DNA of 64,000 bases from positions 64,744 to 128,743 of the forward strand of contig JAUVAX010000003.1 of assembly GCA_030591685.1 (NCBI GenBank). The letters run 5' to 3'. The DNA is from Pseudobdellovibrionaceae bacterium. Its GTDB lineage: Bacteria; Bdellovibrionota; Bdellovibrionia; Bdellovibrionales; UBA1609. The notes below the pieces were generated by a model. That model made no database searches. It was given only the letters and a program-made list of their open reading frames with translations, and was not told the DNA's origin. Shown piece after piece: positions 8,767-19,647 of the stretch. Position 1 is the first letter of the stretch. Every line of letters begins with the position of its first letter. Made by a program: the position numbers and the translations under genes.

Positions 8767-9426
8767 ATGCAAGCCAAAAGCCTATCTCGATATTTCGACC
8801 ACACCTTATTAAAGGCCAATGCAACAGACGTGGACATTAAAAAGCTCTGTGACGAGGCTAATGATTTTAATTTTTTTAGTGTCTGCATTAACCCTGCCTT
8901 TGTGACCCTGGCCTCGAGACTTCTTAAGGACAGCGAGGCTCAGGTTTGTACTGTTATTGACTTTCCCCTCGGAGCAGGAACACTTGAAGATAAAATCGTA
9001 CAAACTAAAAATGCCATTTTAAATGGGGCCTCCGAAATTGATATGGTCCTCCCCCTGGGACTTTTTAAAGATAAAAAATACGACCTTACTTTAGACCACA
9101 TTAAAGCTGTCGTTAAGGCCTCTGATGGGCATACGGTTAAGGTCATTATAGAAACTGCGCTCCTTACAAGAGACGAAAAAATTAAAGCCTGCGAGTTAGT
9201 CTCAACGTCGGGGGCTCACTTTATAAAAACTTCTACAGGGTTTTCTACAAGCGGCGCTCAACTCGATGACATTGCACTTTTTAAGGAGCATTTAGACTCA
9301 CACGTAAAAATTAAGGCCTCTGGCGGAATCAAAAATTACGATCAAGCCCTTGCGTTTATAAACTCGGGCTGTGACCGCCTTGGGGTCAGCAGCAGCCTTC
9401 AAATTTTAGAGAAAGCGAACCAATGA
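8767..9426 (+). CDS. deoC: Deoxyribose-phosphate aldolase
   Basis: YFDHTLLKANAT, EIDMV, FIKTSTGF (Schiff-base Lys context), IKASGGI. I prefer ATG 8767 (AAGGA 8 nt upstream) over the track's TTG 8716. Confidence 0.85.
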   Translation: MQAKSLSRYFDHTLLKANATDVDIKKLCDEANDFNFFSVCINPAFVTLASRLLKDSEAQVCTVIDFPLGAGTLEDKIVQTKNAILNGASEIDMVLPLGLFKDKKYDLTLDHIKAVVKASDGHTVKVIIETALLTRDEKIKACELVSTSGAHFIKTSTGFSTSGAQLDDIALFKEHLDSHVKIKASGGIKNYDQALAFINSGCDRLGVSSSLQILEKANQ

Positions 9427-10742
9427 GCACTGTATCCTTTGCCGAGATCATAAATAAAAGAAAGCTCGGGCTTGAGCACACCCCTGAGGAGCTTCAATAC
9501 CTTGTAAGTGGTAGCGTTTCAGGCCAACTTGCTGATTATCAAATCTCTGCATGGCTAATGGCCACTTACTTTAACAATTTATCGAAAAAAAATACGGCTG
9601 AACTGACGGCCTTCATGAGAGACTCTGGCGAAACCATAGCCTACCCCGAAAACCTCTTAGTTGTGGATAAGCACAGCACTGGAGGCGTTGGTGATAAGTG
9701 CACACTTATCACGGCCCCCATTGTTGCCGCCTGCGGAGGACACATCGGAAGTTTAGCCGGGCGAGGGTTGGGCCATACAGGGGGAACTCTGGACAAGCTT
9801 GAATCTATCCCTGGGTTTAAAGTTTTTATATCTAAAGAGGAAATTGTTAAAAATGTTGCCTCTTCAGGCCTCTGCATTGCAGGGCAAACAAAAAATATTT
9901 GCCCTGCTGATAAAAAACTTTATGCACTTCGAGACGTCACTAGCACCGTAGACTCTATTTCGTTGATCTGCGCAAGCATTATGTCTAAAAAATTAGCGGA
10001 AGGCATAAAAGCCTTAGTTTTAGATGTTAAGTTTGGCTCGGGTGCTTTTATGAAAACCATTGAAGAGGCTCGCGAACTCGCTCAGTGGTTAAAAGAAATC
10101 GGCGAGCTCAATGGCTTAAAGGTTCAGGCTCTCATTACAGACATGTCTCAGCCTCTGGGCCGTTATGCCGGCAACGCCTTAGAAATAAAGGAGTGTGTTG
10201 AGATTCTTCAGGGGCGGGCCTTTGTTGAAAACGATATTGATTTTTACTCGGACACTCGTGAGCTCAGTCTTCAACTGGCTGCTCATTTAATTTACTTAAG
10301 TCAAATCGCCCCCTCTGTTGAGGAGGCCTATAAATTAGCTCACGAAAAACTGCAAAATGGCGAAGCTTACTCTAAATATTTAGACATGTGTCACAACCAG
10401 GGTGCTACGAAAAACACAAAGCTCCCCGAGGCTGAGTTCAAACAGACAATTAAAGCCCCTCAGTCTGGCTATATAACTGAGATCAATACCGAAGCCTTAG
10501 GATATGCCTGCGTTGACCTTAAGGCGGGCCGAGCTCAATCAGGCGACCTTATTGACCCCGCAAACGGAATTGAATGGCATTTTAAAAAAAATCAACCCGT
10601 CAAAGCTGGCGACACCCTTTTTACCCTCTATAGCAACGACTCTCAACTGCTTTTGCCTGCCGAAGACAAACTACTTAAGGCTCTTACTTTTTCTGATTCA
10701 CCCGGAACAAACTATAAACTTATAGAAGGTTTTTTAACCTAA
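9423..10742 (+). CDS. deoA: Thymidine / pyrimidine-nucleoside phosphorylase
   Basis: DKHSTGGVGDK, GRGLGHTGGTLDKLESIPG, SIMSKKLAEG. 439 aa. 4-nt overlap with the deoC stop. Confidence 0.9.
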   Translation: MSTVSFAEIINKRKLGLEHTPEELQYLVSGSVSGQLADYQISAWLMATYFNNLSKKNTAELTAFMRDSGETIAYPENLLVVDKHSTGGVGDKCTLITAPIVAACGGHIGSLAGRGLGHTGGTLDKLESIPGFKVFISKEEIVKNVASSGLCIAGQTKNICPADKKLYALRDVTSTVDSISLICASIMSKKLAEGIKALVLDVKFGSGAFMKTIEEARELAQWLKEIGELNGLKVQALITDMSQPLGRYAGNALEIKECVEILQGRAFVENDIDFYSDTRELSLQLAAHLIYLSQIAPSVEEAYKLAHEKLQNGEAYSKYLDMCHNQGATKNTKLPEAEFKQTIKAPQSGYITEINTEALGYACVDLKAGRAQSGDLIDPANGIEWHFKKNQPVKAGDTLFTLYSNDSQLLLPAEDKLLKALTFSDSPGTNYKLIEGFLT

Positions 10743-10753
10743 GGAGGCCTGGC

Positions 10754-11581
10754 GTGGTCCTAAAGAACATAAAAGAATCCGTGGATTACATTAAGTCTAA
10801 AACAAGAGTGACCCCCTCATATGGGGTCACTCTTGGTTCGGGGCTCGGACATTTTATAAAAGAAGTTGAAGTGGAGGTCTCCCTGCCCTACCGGGAGATC
10901 CCTGGTTTTATCCCCCCAAGTGTGGACGGGCACGGGGGACAGCTCGTTATAGGAAAAATCGGAGAAAACAATGTGGCCGTATTGCAGGGTCGTGTCCATT
11001 ACTATGAGGGGCATACCGCTGAAGAGGTCATTCACCCCACAAGAGTTCTTGCGGCACTCGGTGTTGAAGCCTTTGTGATTACTAACGCGGCCGGTGGTTT
11101 GACTAAAAGCATCGAGCCCGGCTCTTTTGTTATTTTAAGAGATCAAATTAACTTAACAGGCTTTAACCCCTTAAGAGGAAAAAACAATCAAGAGCTTGGC
11201 CCTCGGTTTCCCGACATGTCAGAGCCTTTTGATAAAAACCTCTCTGATAAACTTGAATCCCTTTTAACTGAAAAAAAGATCCCCTTTATTAACGGAATTT
11301 ATTGTGGCGTGCAGGGCCCTAGTTATGAAACCGCTGCTGAGGTTCGTTATTTAGCACAAATCGGAGGTCACTGCGTCGGAATGAGCACTGTAGCAGAGGT
11401 CCTTGCGGCCCGACACATGGGCGTAAAGGTTGTTGGCATCAGCTGTGTTACAAACCTTGGCACCGGCCTTAATGACGGTCCTCTTTGTCATGATGATGTG
11501 AAAGACGTTGCCGGGCGCGTAGAGAAGCAGTTTTGTGATTTTTTAAAAGAGTTTCTTAAAGGCCTTAAGCCGAACAAATGA
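10754..11581 (+). CDS. punA: Purine nucleoside phosphorylase, trimeric PunA type
   Basis: GTG start. VDGHGGQLVIGKIGENNVAVLQGRVHYYEGH, GPSYETAAEVRYL, GMSTVAEV. 275 aa. Confidence 0.85.
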   Translation: MVLKNIKESVDYIKSKTRVTPSYGVTLGSGLGHFIKEVEVEVSLPYREIPGFIPPSVDGHGGQLVIGKIGENNVAVLQGRVHYYEGHTAEEVIHPTRVLAALGVEAFVITNAAGGLTKSIEPGSFVILRDQINLTGFNPLRGKNNQELGPRFPDMSEPFDKNLSDKLESLLTEKKIPFINGIYCGVQGPSYETAAEVRYLAQIGGHCVGMSTVAEVLAARHMGVKVVGISCVTNLGTGLNDGPLCHDDVKDVAGRVEKQFCDFLKEFLKGLKPNK

Positions 11582-12210
11582 AAGAACTTGATGTTTCAAT
11601 CACTGATTTTTTAATTTCAATCCAGTGTTTCACTTATGGGTATCTCCTCGTAAACGCTCACGAGGCGCCGATATACTCTTTAACCGGACTCACTCTCAGT
11701 TTATTTTTATTTATCGGTCTGAGCTCACTTTGCGGAGGGCTTGTGCATGGGTTTTTTAACCATTACAAAACTTACGTTAAAGAGTTTCTATGGCCATGTA
11801 CCTTAATTTTAGTTTCACTAACGGGTTTTGTTTTTTGGAACCTTACGGGGTTTGTTTTAGACCTTAACATTGCAAGGGGAGCTTTGTTTTTATTTTCACT
11901 TTTTCTTTTAACCTTTCAATCTTATAAAATATTTACCGGCGAGCGATCATTTAAAATCGCTATTATCAGTTATGCGCCCTCTGTCCTTTTTGCCGGACTT
12001 AGTTTTTTGTATGCTTTCTTTGGGTCTCAAAATTTTGGTTTTCTTTACTGCGCCCTGGGCCTTCTTTTTTCAGGCCTCTCCCCGGCTATTTATATTAAAA
12101 AAACAGCCCTTCATAAAAAATACTTTACCCATAATGCCACATACCATTTGGCTGTCATTGCTTCATTACATTTGTATTTTTTAGGCGTCCGTCGGTTGCT
12201 AGAACTCTAA
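11578..12210 (+). CDS. Polytopic (about 7-TM) membrane protein of unknown function
   Basis: Start overlaps the punA stop (ATGA). Seven hydrophobic segments by eye. Conserved-looking His residues (GGLVHGFFNH; HNATYH) at TM ends. No family recognised. Confidence 0.6.
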   Translation: MKELDVSITDFLISIQCFTYGYLLVNAHEAPIYSLTGLTLSLFLFIGLSSLCGGLVHGFFNHYKTYVKEFLWPCTLILVSLTGFVFWNLTGFVLDLNIARGALFLFSLFLLTFQSYKIFTGERSFKIAIISYAPSVLFAGLSFLYAFFGSQNFGFLYCALGLLFSGLSPAIYIKKTALHKKYFTHNATYHLAVIASLHLYFLGVRRLLEL

Positions 12211-12447
12211 TTATTGGCCTCAGGCGCCCCTTAATAATTTCTTTTTTTATCTATAAAAAATTTTTATCCCTTGGAGGCTTTTCTTTTTAGGACCGAGTCT
12301 CCGTGCTCGACCAAAGCTTAGTTTTTCGCCTGCGCCTTAGTCTAACTTAATCCTCTGCTCTTAATCACCAACAATATTTAACCGAAGTAATACTGTTGCT
12401 GATCCTATTAATAGGGCTATGGATCGGCCTTAAAAACCGCTCTGGGG

Positions 12448-13728
12448 ATGAGTAACATGGATGTTTCACAAGGTATGTTTTATAAAATCGTGCGCTTAAT
12501 TTTAATCTCCGCCCTTGTGGCTGGGTGTGAAAATCCTGAGCCGAACAGTCTAAAGTTTTCAAATAAAACTGATGATCCTGCCTGCCGTGATTCGGCCATT
12601 GAAAATGAATATGTGATTATGTACAAGTCGGGCCAACTTAAAGTCGTTGTCGCTCACTCTAAGCAAGAGCTTATCGATAAACACATCACTCCCGAGTTTG
12701 ATGACATAGAGGTTGTGGACCAAAACATTCAGCTCTCAGCACCAACTGTCGCGTCGATATTTACATCGGCAAGCGCCTCTGAAACTTGGGGGCAAGAAGA
12801 CATCAGCGCCCAAAATGCATGGGACCAGGGCTACATGGGTCAAGACATTACCGTCGCTGTGATTGACTCTGGAGTTAATGTTAATCACCCTAGTCTTAAA
12901 AATCAGATTGCCCTCAACTCGGGAGAGCTAGGGGTCGACTCTTCTGGTAATGATCGTCGCTTTAACGGAATAGACGATGACAGTAACGGCCTTATTGATG
13001 ACTACCAGGGGTATAACTTTGCCTCTCTTACGCCAGATAATATTGAAAACACTGGTCACGGAACCCATGTCGCAGGGATCATTGCCAGTGAACATACTAG
13101 CTTTGGTGGCGAATCTGTTTTAGGGGTTGCGCCTCGAGCAAAAATTTTACCTATTGATTTTATTGACGGAGATGCTGGCGGCACCATAGTCACCGCCTCG
13201 CACTCAATAGATTATGTTTTAACCATGAGGGCGCAACATAACATAAAGGTTGTCAACGCCAGCTGGGGCGGGCCTATGTGCTCTACTATTTTAGAAAATA
13301 AAATTGCAGAGCTTTTATCTAATGAAATTTTATTTGTTGCCGCTGCTGGAAACGACAATTTAAATATTGATTTTTCCAAGCAATATCCGGCCTCTTATAA
13401 ACTTGAAAATATTATTACCGTGGGCTCTGTGTCTACCTTTTTAGGTATGTCCTCTTTTACAAACTATGGGGACGAATCTGTAGATCTCTTTGCCCCCGGA
13501 GAGCAGATATACTCTAGTATTTTTAATAATCAATTTGCTAAAATGGATGGCACAAGCATGGCGACCCCGTTTGTCTCAGGAGCCGCTGCTGTGTTATGGT
13601 CAAAGGATCCCCAAGCCAGTGTTAGTGATATAAAACAAGCCCTTCTTATGGGAGGCACCCACTCTCAATACTACCGGAGCAGCAGTCAGTCCCGCCTGAA
13701 CATTTCGGGCTCTCTTAACGAACTGTAA
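12448..13728 (+). CDS. Subtilisin-like serine protease (peptidase S8), probable lipoprotein
   Basis: Catalytic triad contexts VAVIDSGV (Asp), HGTHVAGII (His), GTSMATPFVSGAAA (Ser). Lipobox LVAGC near the N-terminus. Start could be M1, M4 or M10. Confidence 0.9.
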   Translation: MSNMDVSQGMFYKIVRLILISALVAGCENPEPNSLKFSNKTDDPACRDSAIENEYVIMYKSGQLKVVVAHSKQELIDKHITPEFDDIEVVDQNIQLSAPTVASIFTSASASETWGQEDISAQNAWDQGYMGQDITVAVIDSGVNVNHPSLKNQIALNSGELGVDSSGNDRRFNGIDDDSNGLIDDYQGYNFASLTPDNIENTGHGTHVAGIIASEHTSFGGESVLGVAPRAKILPIDFIDGDAGGTIVTASHSIDYVLTMRAQHNIKVVNASWGGPMCSTILENKIAELLSNEILFVAAAGNDNLNIDFSKQYPASYKLENIITVGSVSTFLGMSSFTNYGDESVDLFAPGEQIYSSIFNNQFAKMDGTSMATPFVSGAAAVLWSKDPQASVSDIKQALLMGGTHSQYYRSSSQSRLNISGSLNEL

Positions 13729-13821
13729 GGCCGTGGCGCGTTATATCGCTGATATCACTCAACTCTTGTTTTTCTTTGTCACTCACTATTGGCTTTGTTT
13801 TGTAGCGGGCCTTCCCCTAAG

Positions 13822-13843
13822 GCGCTAGGCCAACCCCTAGCGC
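13822..13843 (+). terminator. Perfect 8-bp GC-rich hairpin downstream of the S8 protease gene (no U-tract)
   Basis: GCGCTAGG-ccaacc-CCTAGCGC, 94 nt after the stop. Followed by TTAACTACG rather than a T run, so terminator function is uncertain. Confidence 0.3.
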
Positions 13844-13965
13844 TTAACTACGCTTATTATTTAAACATAAAAAACTTAAAACTTTGTGCTCTTGATTCGT
13901 TGCCCTGCATACTGATTTATGCGAAGTTCATCTGAATATATTAAATAAATAAGGCGATTTGCGTT

Positions 13966-15255
13966 ATGCGATATTTTATAAACGACTTATCAAAATATGT
14001 TGGAGAGCAGGTAGAACTCAAGGGGTGGGTGTATAACTCGCGCGCCTCTAAGAAAATTAAGTTTCTGCAGCTCCGCGATGGCACAGGCACCTTGCAGTGT
14101 ATTTTTTTTAAAGGCGAATGTGATGAGTCCGCCTTTGAAAAATTTAATGATCTCACCCAGGAGACCTCTCTTAAAGTCACTGGCGTTGTTAGAGAACAAC
14201 CTAACAAGCCTGGAGTTTTTGAGCTTGGTGCTAGCAATTTTGAAGTGATTGGCTCCTCCGTCGACTACCCGATCACACCTAAAGAGCATGGTATTGATTT
14301 TCTAATGAACCATCGGCACCTTTGGCTGCGATCTAAAAAACAGCATGCAGCGATTAAGGTGCGAGCAAAACTTGTTACCGCAATACGTGATTTTTTTGAT
14401 GGTCGCGGCTTTACCTTAACTGACGCACCTATTTTTACCCCCAATGCCTGTGAGGGCACGACGGACCTTTTTGAAACTAAGTACTTTGACGAAAAGGCCT
14501 ACCTCTCTCAAAGTGGTCAGCTTTATATGGAAGCCACTTCTGCAGCCTTTGGCAAATCCTATTGCTTTGGACCCACTTTTCGCGCTGAAAAATCAAAAAC
14601 ACGGCGACACCTTATAGAGTTTTGGATGGTTGAGCCTGAGGTTGCGTTTAATGATATTTATGACAACATGGACTTGGCCGAACAGTTTGTAGAATACATT
14701 ATTCAAAGAACACTCAAGGAATGTCCAGATGAGCTCAAGACTTTAGAGCGCGACATTACTAAACTCTCTGTTATTAAAGCCCCCTTCCCACGCATACATT
14801 ACAAAGAAGCCGTCGAAATTATAAAAAAAGAAAATTCTGATTTTGTAGATGGAGAAGACTTCGGCGGAGCAGACGAAACAATTTTAAGCTCAAAGCATGA
14901 AAAACCAGTTTTTATCCATCACTTTCCGGCCGCCATTAAAGCCTTTTATATGAAAGAGGATGAGGAGAACCCGAAGTACTCCATGAGCTGTGACCTTTTA
15001 GCCACCGAAGGGTACGGCGAAATTATCGGCGGTGGTCAGCGCGAAGACAGCTTAGAGAAACTACTCTCAAAAATTAACGAACATGAATTAAGCCCTGATG
15101 ATTTTTCTTGGTATACGGATTTACGAAAATATGGAGGGCACCCCTCTGCAGGGTTTGGCCTTGGCCTCGAAAGAACTGTGGCCTGGGTCTGTGGACTTTC
15201 TCATGTGCGTGAAACAATCCCCTTCCCAAGAATGTACGGGCGACAATACCCTTAA
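13966..15255 (+). CDS. asnS: Asparagine--tRNA ligase
   Basis: N-terminal OB anticodon-binding domain. Class II motifs [21 protein letters not shown] and [15 protein letters not shown]. 429 aa. Confidence 0.9.
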   Translation: MRYFINDLSKYVGEQVELKGWVYNSRASKKIKFLQLRDGTGTLQCIFFKGECDESAFEKFNDLTQETSLKVTGVVREQPNKPGVFELGASNFEVIGSSVDYPITPKEHGIDFLMNHRHLWLRSKKQHAAIKVRAKLVTAIRDFFDGRGFTLTDAPIFTPNACEGTTDLFETKYFDEKAYLSQSGQLYMEATSAAFGKSYCFGPTFRAEKSKTRRHLIEFWMVEPEVAFNDIYDNMDLAEQFVEYIIQRTLKECPDELKTLERDITKLSVIKAPFPRIHYKEAVEIIKKENSDFVDGEDFGGADETILSSKHEKPVFIHHFPAAIKAFYMKEDEENPKYSMSCDLLATEGYGEIIGGGQREDSLEKLLSKINEHELSPDDFSWYTDLRKYGGHPSAGFGLGLERTVAWVCGLSHVRETIPFPRMYGRQYP

Positions 15256-15268
15256 TCTGGAGACTAAA

Positions 15269-16837
15269 ATGAGTGATTCTTTAATAAACACCACTGCTGA
15301 AAAAAACCTACTTCTTGAGCAAAAAAATAATGAAGCTCTTGTTGGCGGCGGTGCTGACAGGATTGCAAAGCACAAAGCAAATGGGCGACTCACTGCCAGA
15401 GAGAGAATCGACGTTTTGTGTGACCCCGGGAGCTTTGTTGAAATAGACCGCCTGGCCTCACACAACTGCCAAAACTTCGGAATGGAGAAAAAGAACTTTC
15501 CTGGAGATGGGGTCATTACCGGATATGGGCGCATTAACGGAAAATCCATTTACGTATACAGCCAAGATTTTACGGTCTTTGGTGGAAGCATGTCTAAAAC
15601 ACAGGCTCGTAAAATTTGTAAACTTATGGAAATGGCCCTTAAAAATGGAGCGCCCCTCATTGGCATAAATGATTCTGGGGGAGCTCGAATACATGAGGGA
15701 GTTGAGGCCCTCACGGGCTATGCTGATATATTTCTTAAAAATGTTCTCGCCAGTGGCGTTGTCCCTCAAATTTCAGCCATTATGGGCCCTTGTGCTGGCG
15801 GTGCTGTTTATAGCCCCTCGCTCACTGATTTTATTTTTATGGTAAAAGACACTAGCTACATGTTTGTCACCGGGCCCGACGTCATAAAATCGGTCACCCA
15901 CGAAGACGTTACAAAAGAAGAACTAGGCGGCGCTAAGACACACACTCAAAAATCTGGAGTGGCTCACTTTTCGACCGAAGACGACAAAAATTGCCTGCTT
16001 ATGATTAGAGAGTTGCTTAATTTTTTACCCAGCAACAATGTGGACGACCCCCCTGTGCTGCCAACAATTGATTCACCCGACCGCATTGATGAGCAATTGA
16101 ACAGTTTTATACCTGATAATTCAAAAAAACCTTATGACATGAAAGAGCTTATTAAAACCATTGTAGATGAGGGCTATTTTTTAGACGTTCAGCAGGCCTA
16201 TGCTCAAAATATTATTGTTGGCTTTGCCCGCTTTAACGGGCGTAGTGTTGGTATTGTTGCTAACCAGCCGACACATCTTGCTGGGTGCCTTAATATTGAG
16301 GCCAGTAAAAAGTCCGCCCGATTTGTTCGTTTTTGCGATGCCTTTAACATACCTCTTGTTACCCTTGTTGACGTGCCTGGGTTTTTACCTGGCACGGACC
16401 AGGAGTGGGCCGGAATCATTACTCACGGAGCAAAGCTGCTTTACGCTTATGCCGAGGCCACCGTCCCAAAGGTTACATTAATCACTCGCAAAGCCTACGG
16501 GGGTGCTTTTGACGTTATGAGCTCTAAAGCTTTACGGGGGGATATTAACCTCGCCTACCCAACCGCAGAGATTGCCGTTATGGGAGCCGAAGGGGCTGTA
16601 AATATTATTTTCAGAAATGAAATAAAAACGGCTAAAGACCCTGCCGCTGAAAGAGCCAAACTCACAGAAGAGTATGAACTAAAATTTAACAACCCCTACG
16701 CCGCGGCCGAGCTTGGTTTTGTTGACGAAGTTATTGAGCCTGCAATGACAAGGGTTCGAATTATTAACTCTTTAGAAATGCTAAAAAACAAGCGCGACCA
16801 TAACCCGCCAAAAAAGCACGGAAACATACCCCTTTAA
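15269..16837 (+). CDS. Acyl-CoA carboxylase carboxyltransferase subunit (propionyl-CoA carboxylase beta / methylmalonyl-CoA carboxyltransferase 12S family)
   Basis: [69 protein letters not shown] place the start at ATG 15269 (GGAG 7 nt upstream, 13 nt after the asnS stop). The track's 15098 start overlaps asnS. Confidence 0.9.
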   Translation: MSDSLINTTAEKNLLLEQKNNEALVGGGADRIAKHKANGRLTARERIDVLCDPGSFVEIDRLASHNCQNFGMEKKNFPGDGVITGYGRINGKSIYVYSQDFTVFGGSMSKTQARKICKLMEMALKNGAPLIGINDSGGARIHEGVEALTGYADIFLKNVLASGVVPQISAIMGPCAGGAVYSPSLTDFIFMVKDTSYMFVTGPDVIKSVTHEDVTKEELGGAKTHTQKSGVAHFSTEDDKNCLLMIRELLNFLPSNNVDDPPVLPTIDSPDRIDEQLNSFIPDNSKKPYDMKELIKTIVDEGYFLDVQQAYAQNIIVGFARFNGRSVGIVANQPTHLAGCLNIEASKKSARFVRFCDAFNIPLVTLVDVPGFLPGTDQEWAGIITHGAKLLYAYAEATVPKVTLITRKAYGGAFDVMSSKALRGDINLAYPTAEIAVMGAEGAVNIIFRNEIKTAKDPAAERAKLTEEYELKFNNPYAAAELGFVDEVIEPAMTRVRIINSLEMLKNKRDHNPPKKHGNIPL

Positions 16838-16849
16838 GGAGGTTTCACT

Positions 16850-18352
16850 TTGAAGTTTAAAAAAATACTCATTGCAAACCGTGGTGAAATTGCCATCCGA
16901 GTGATTCGTTCAGCGCGGGCCATGGGCATACAAACTGTTGCCGTGTACAGTGAAGCCGACAGGGACAGCCTGCATGTTTTACTCGCTGATGAAGCTTATT
17001 TAATTGGCCCTGCTGAAAGCGCACAGTCTTATTTACAAGCTGGTAAAATTATTGACGTCGCTCTAAAATCAGGCGCTGAAGCCATACACCCTGGGTACGG
17101 GTTTTTAAGTGAAAATGCTCAGTTTGCCAGAGACTTAAACAAAGCCGGGCTCATTTTTATTGGCCCCACCCCTGAAAATATTGAAGCTATGGGTGATAAG
17201 TTGGCCTCTAGAGAACTTATGAAAAAAGCCTCTGTACCGACAGTTCCAGGAACTGAAGATGCGGTTTCTAATGTTGAGAACGCAGCCATTGAGGCCGAAA
17301 AGATTGGATACCCTGTTATGATCAAAGCCTCTGCTGGTGGCGGCGGCAAGGGCATCCGTGTTGTTCACGGACCTAAGGAGCTGGCCTCAAGCTTTAGAGC
17401 CTGTCAGTCTGAGGGGCTCAACTATTTTAAAGATGACCGGGTTTTTATCGAGCGATTTATACAAAACCCAAAGCACATCGAAGTTCAAGTGTTCGGAGAC
17501 AAGCATGGTCACGTTGTTCATCTTTATGAACGAGAGTGCTCTGGCCAAAGGCGGCACCAAAAAGTAATCGAAGAGGCGCCTAGTATTTCAGTCCCCAGCG
17601 ATATACGAGAAAAGCTCTGTTCTGCGGCAGTAAAAGCCGCACAGTCTATTAACTATGTGGGTGCTGGAACTGTTGAGTTTATTTTTGACAACAGCACCAA
17701 AGAATTCTTTTTTATGGAAATGAATACGCGTTTACAGGTTGAACACCCTGTCACTGAAATGATCACGGGGCGTGACCTTGTTAGGGAGCAAATTTCAGTG
17801 GCCGCCGGGTACAACCTCACCTTTACACAAGATGAGGTTTCAATTTCGGGGCACTCAATAGAGTGTCGTATTTGCGCTGAAGACCCAAAAACCTTTGCTC
17901 CAAGCCCTGGAAAAATAAGACTCTGCCGTGTACCCCAGGGCGAGTTTACTCGCGTTGATGGTTGTGCCTACCCTGGATATGAGATCCCTATTTATTACGA
18001 CCCGATGATTGCAAAACTAATCACTTGGGGGAAAACACGTGAAGAGTGTATTGGCCGCATGAAACGCGCCCTTGCAGAGTTTATGTTAACGGGCATAAAA
18101 ACTAATATTGTTCTTCATAAAAACATATTAGAGCACCCTCATTTTATAGATGGGAGCTATACAACGCAGTTTATCGAAAATGAACTTTCAAACAAATCCC
18201 AGCGCGAACTTTTTATGTTTGTCGATGATCATATTTTTATTATCTCAGCCGCCATTAAGGCCTACCAAGAACAAAAGCGAAAAGACACCTCACGACTGTC
18301 CACGGCCCGACGATGGAAAACTCTAGGCCGCCAGTCGCAACTAAGGAATTAA
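16850..18352 (+). CDS. Biotin carboxylase subunit of acyl-CoA carboxylase
   Basis: TTG start with AGGAGG 8 nt upstream. KILIANRGEIA, ATP-grasp GYPVMIKASAGGGGKGIRV, EMNTRLQVEHPVTE. 500 aa with no fused BCCP domain. Confidence 0.9.
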   Translation: MKFKKILIANRGEIAIRVIRSARAMGIQTVAVYSEADRDSLHVLLADEAYLIGPAESAQSYLQAGKIIDVALKSGAEAIHPGYGFLSENAQFARDLNKAGLIFIGPTPENIEAMGDKLASRELMKKASVPTVPGTEDAVSNVENAAIEAEKIGYPVMIKASAGGGGKGIRVVHGPKELASSFRACQSEGLNYFKDDRVFIERFIQNPKHIEVQVFGDKHGHVVHLYERECSGQRRHQKVIEEAPSISVPSDIREKLCSAAVKAAQSINYVGAGTVEFIFDNSTKEFFFMEMNTRLQVEHPVTEMITGRDLVREQISVAAGYNLTFTQDEVSISGHSIECRICAEDPKTFAPSPGKIRLCRVPQGEFTRVDGCAYPGYEIPIYYDPMIAKLITWGKTREECIGRMKRALAEFMLTGIKTNIVLHKNILEHPHFIDGSYTTQFIENELSNKSQRELFMFVDDHIFIISAAIKAYQEQKRKDTSRLSTARRWKTLGRQSQLRN

Positions 18353-18355
18353 AAA

Positions 18356-18877
18356 ATGTATTTTGAAGCAGAATCAAACGGCATTCAGTTCAAGGTGAGA
18401 GTTAACGAAAAGCGCAGCAGCTGGGCCCTTAGTGTTCAAAAAAATGAAGGCGACTGGAAAAACTTTGAAATTTCAAAAAATGATTTTAGAGATATAAACA
18501 ATGCCATAAGCTTTATGTTTGAGGGGCAGTCTTACCTTGTAGATGTGGCCGGCAACGGGACAGAGTTCAGTGTTTACACAAGGGGCTCTTACCGAAATAT
18601 TAAAATTTTTAACGACGAAATGCTGCTTCATGAAAGCCTTAAGTCCGGAGCAATACAGGGGGCCAACGACCAATTAACCTCTGGAATGCCGGGTAAAATT
18701 ATTAAAATATTTGTTAAACCCGGGGACTTATTAAAAAAAGATGACCCTATTTTTATTATTGAAGCCATGAAAATGGAAAACGAAATCCGCGCCGCTCAAG
18801 ACGCCACCGTAAAAGAAGTTATGGTCACTGAGGGCTCTGCTGTTAGCGCCGGGACTGTTTTAATTACCTTTAGCTAG
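18356..18877 (+). CDS. Biotin carboxyl carrier protein (biotinyl/lipoyl domain)
   Basis: C-terminal MPGKIIKIFVKPGD...IIEAMKMENEI with the AMKM biotinylation motif. 173 aa. Confidence 0.8.
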   Translation: MYFEAESNGIQFKVRVNEKRSSWALSVQKNEGDWKNFEISKNDFRDINNAISFMFEGQSYLVDVAGNGTEFSVYTRGSYRNIKIFNDEMLLHESLKSGAIQGANDQLTSGMPGKIIKIFVKPGDLLKKDDPIFIIEAMKMENEIRAAQDATVKEVMVTEGSAVSAGTVLITFS

Positions 18878-18918
18878 AGCCTTGCTCTGGCGGCCAGGAC
18901 CCTTTTAAAAACTGAACT

Positions 18919-19647
18919 TTAAGTGTCTGTTTCTATTTTTTTACCAAAAATAGAAACTAGAACAATCGACAGTTCATAAAGCAAAATCATCGGACCCATC
19001 ATAAGAACCATACTTATAATGTCTGGGGGCGTAAACATCGCCGACATGGCCGCTAAAATAACAATGGCATATCGACGGTTCTTTCTTAAAAAACTTTCGC
19101 TCACCACACCTACTCGAGCAAGAATTGTAAACACCAACGGCATTTCAAATGCGGCTCCGAACACAAGGGTCGTTGTAATAAAAAATGACAGGTACTCTTT
19201 GATGGTGATCATTGGCTTGTCAACTTCCCCGCCAAACGTCATTAAAAACTTAAAGGCCATTGGGTATACCACAAAATAAACAAAGCTAACGCCGGTTAAA
19301 AAAAGGCTTGTGCCAAATAAAATAAAAAATATGCCGAATTTTTTTTCATCTTTATAAAGAGCTGGGGCAATAAAGGCCCACAGCTGATACACCCAAAAAG
19401 GGCTTGTTATAATAACGCCCGAGAGCAGGGAGACTTTAATGTGTGCTAAAAATTTATCCATTGGGGCTGTAAACACTAAGCCATCTGTCGGCAGGTAGGG
19501 CTGTATGGGCGAACGCATAAAATCAAAGAGTAACTCTGAAAACCCCCAAGAAGCTAAAAAACCCACTAAAATAATACCCAGCGTGTACATGAGCCGCTTG
19601 CGTAATTCTGTTAAGTGACCAACAAGGGGCTGTTCTGTTTGCGGCAC
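18919..19647 (-). CDS. tatC: Twin-arginine translocase subunit TatC
   Basis: HLTELRKRL, six TM segments, FTPPD motif. 242 aa. Confidence 0.9.
   Translation of the reverse strand: MPQTEQPLVGHLTELRKRLMYTLGIILVGFLASWGFSELLFDFMRSPIQPYLPTDGLVFTAPMDKFLAHIKVSLLSGVIITSPFWVYQLWAFIAPALYKDEKKFGIFFILFGTSLFLTGVSFVYFVVYPMAFKFLMTFGGEVDKPMITIKEYLSFFITTTLVFGAAFEMPLVFTILARVGVVSESFLRKNRRYAIVILAAMSAMFTPPDIISMVLMMGPMILLYELSIVLVSIFGKKIETDT

Noticed and set aside
15098-15268. Extended N-terminus of the carboxyltransferase ORF overlapping asnS by ~160 nt
   Set aside because: The extension has no homology-like sequence. ATG 15269 has a GGAG ribosome-binding site and begins the conserved carboxyltransferase N-terminus right after the asnS stop.
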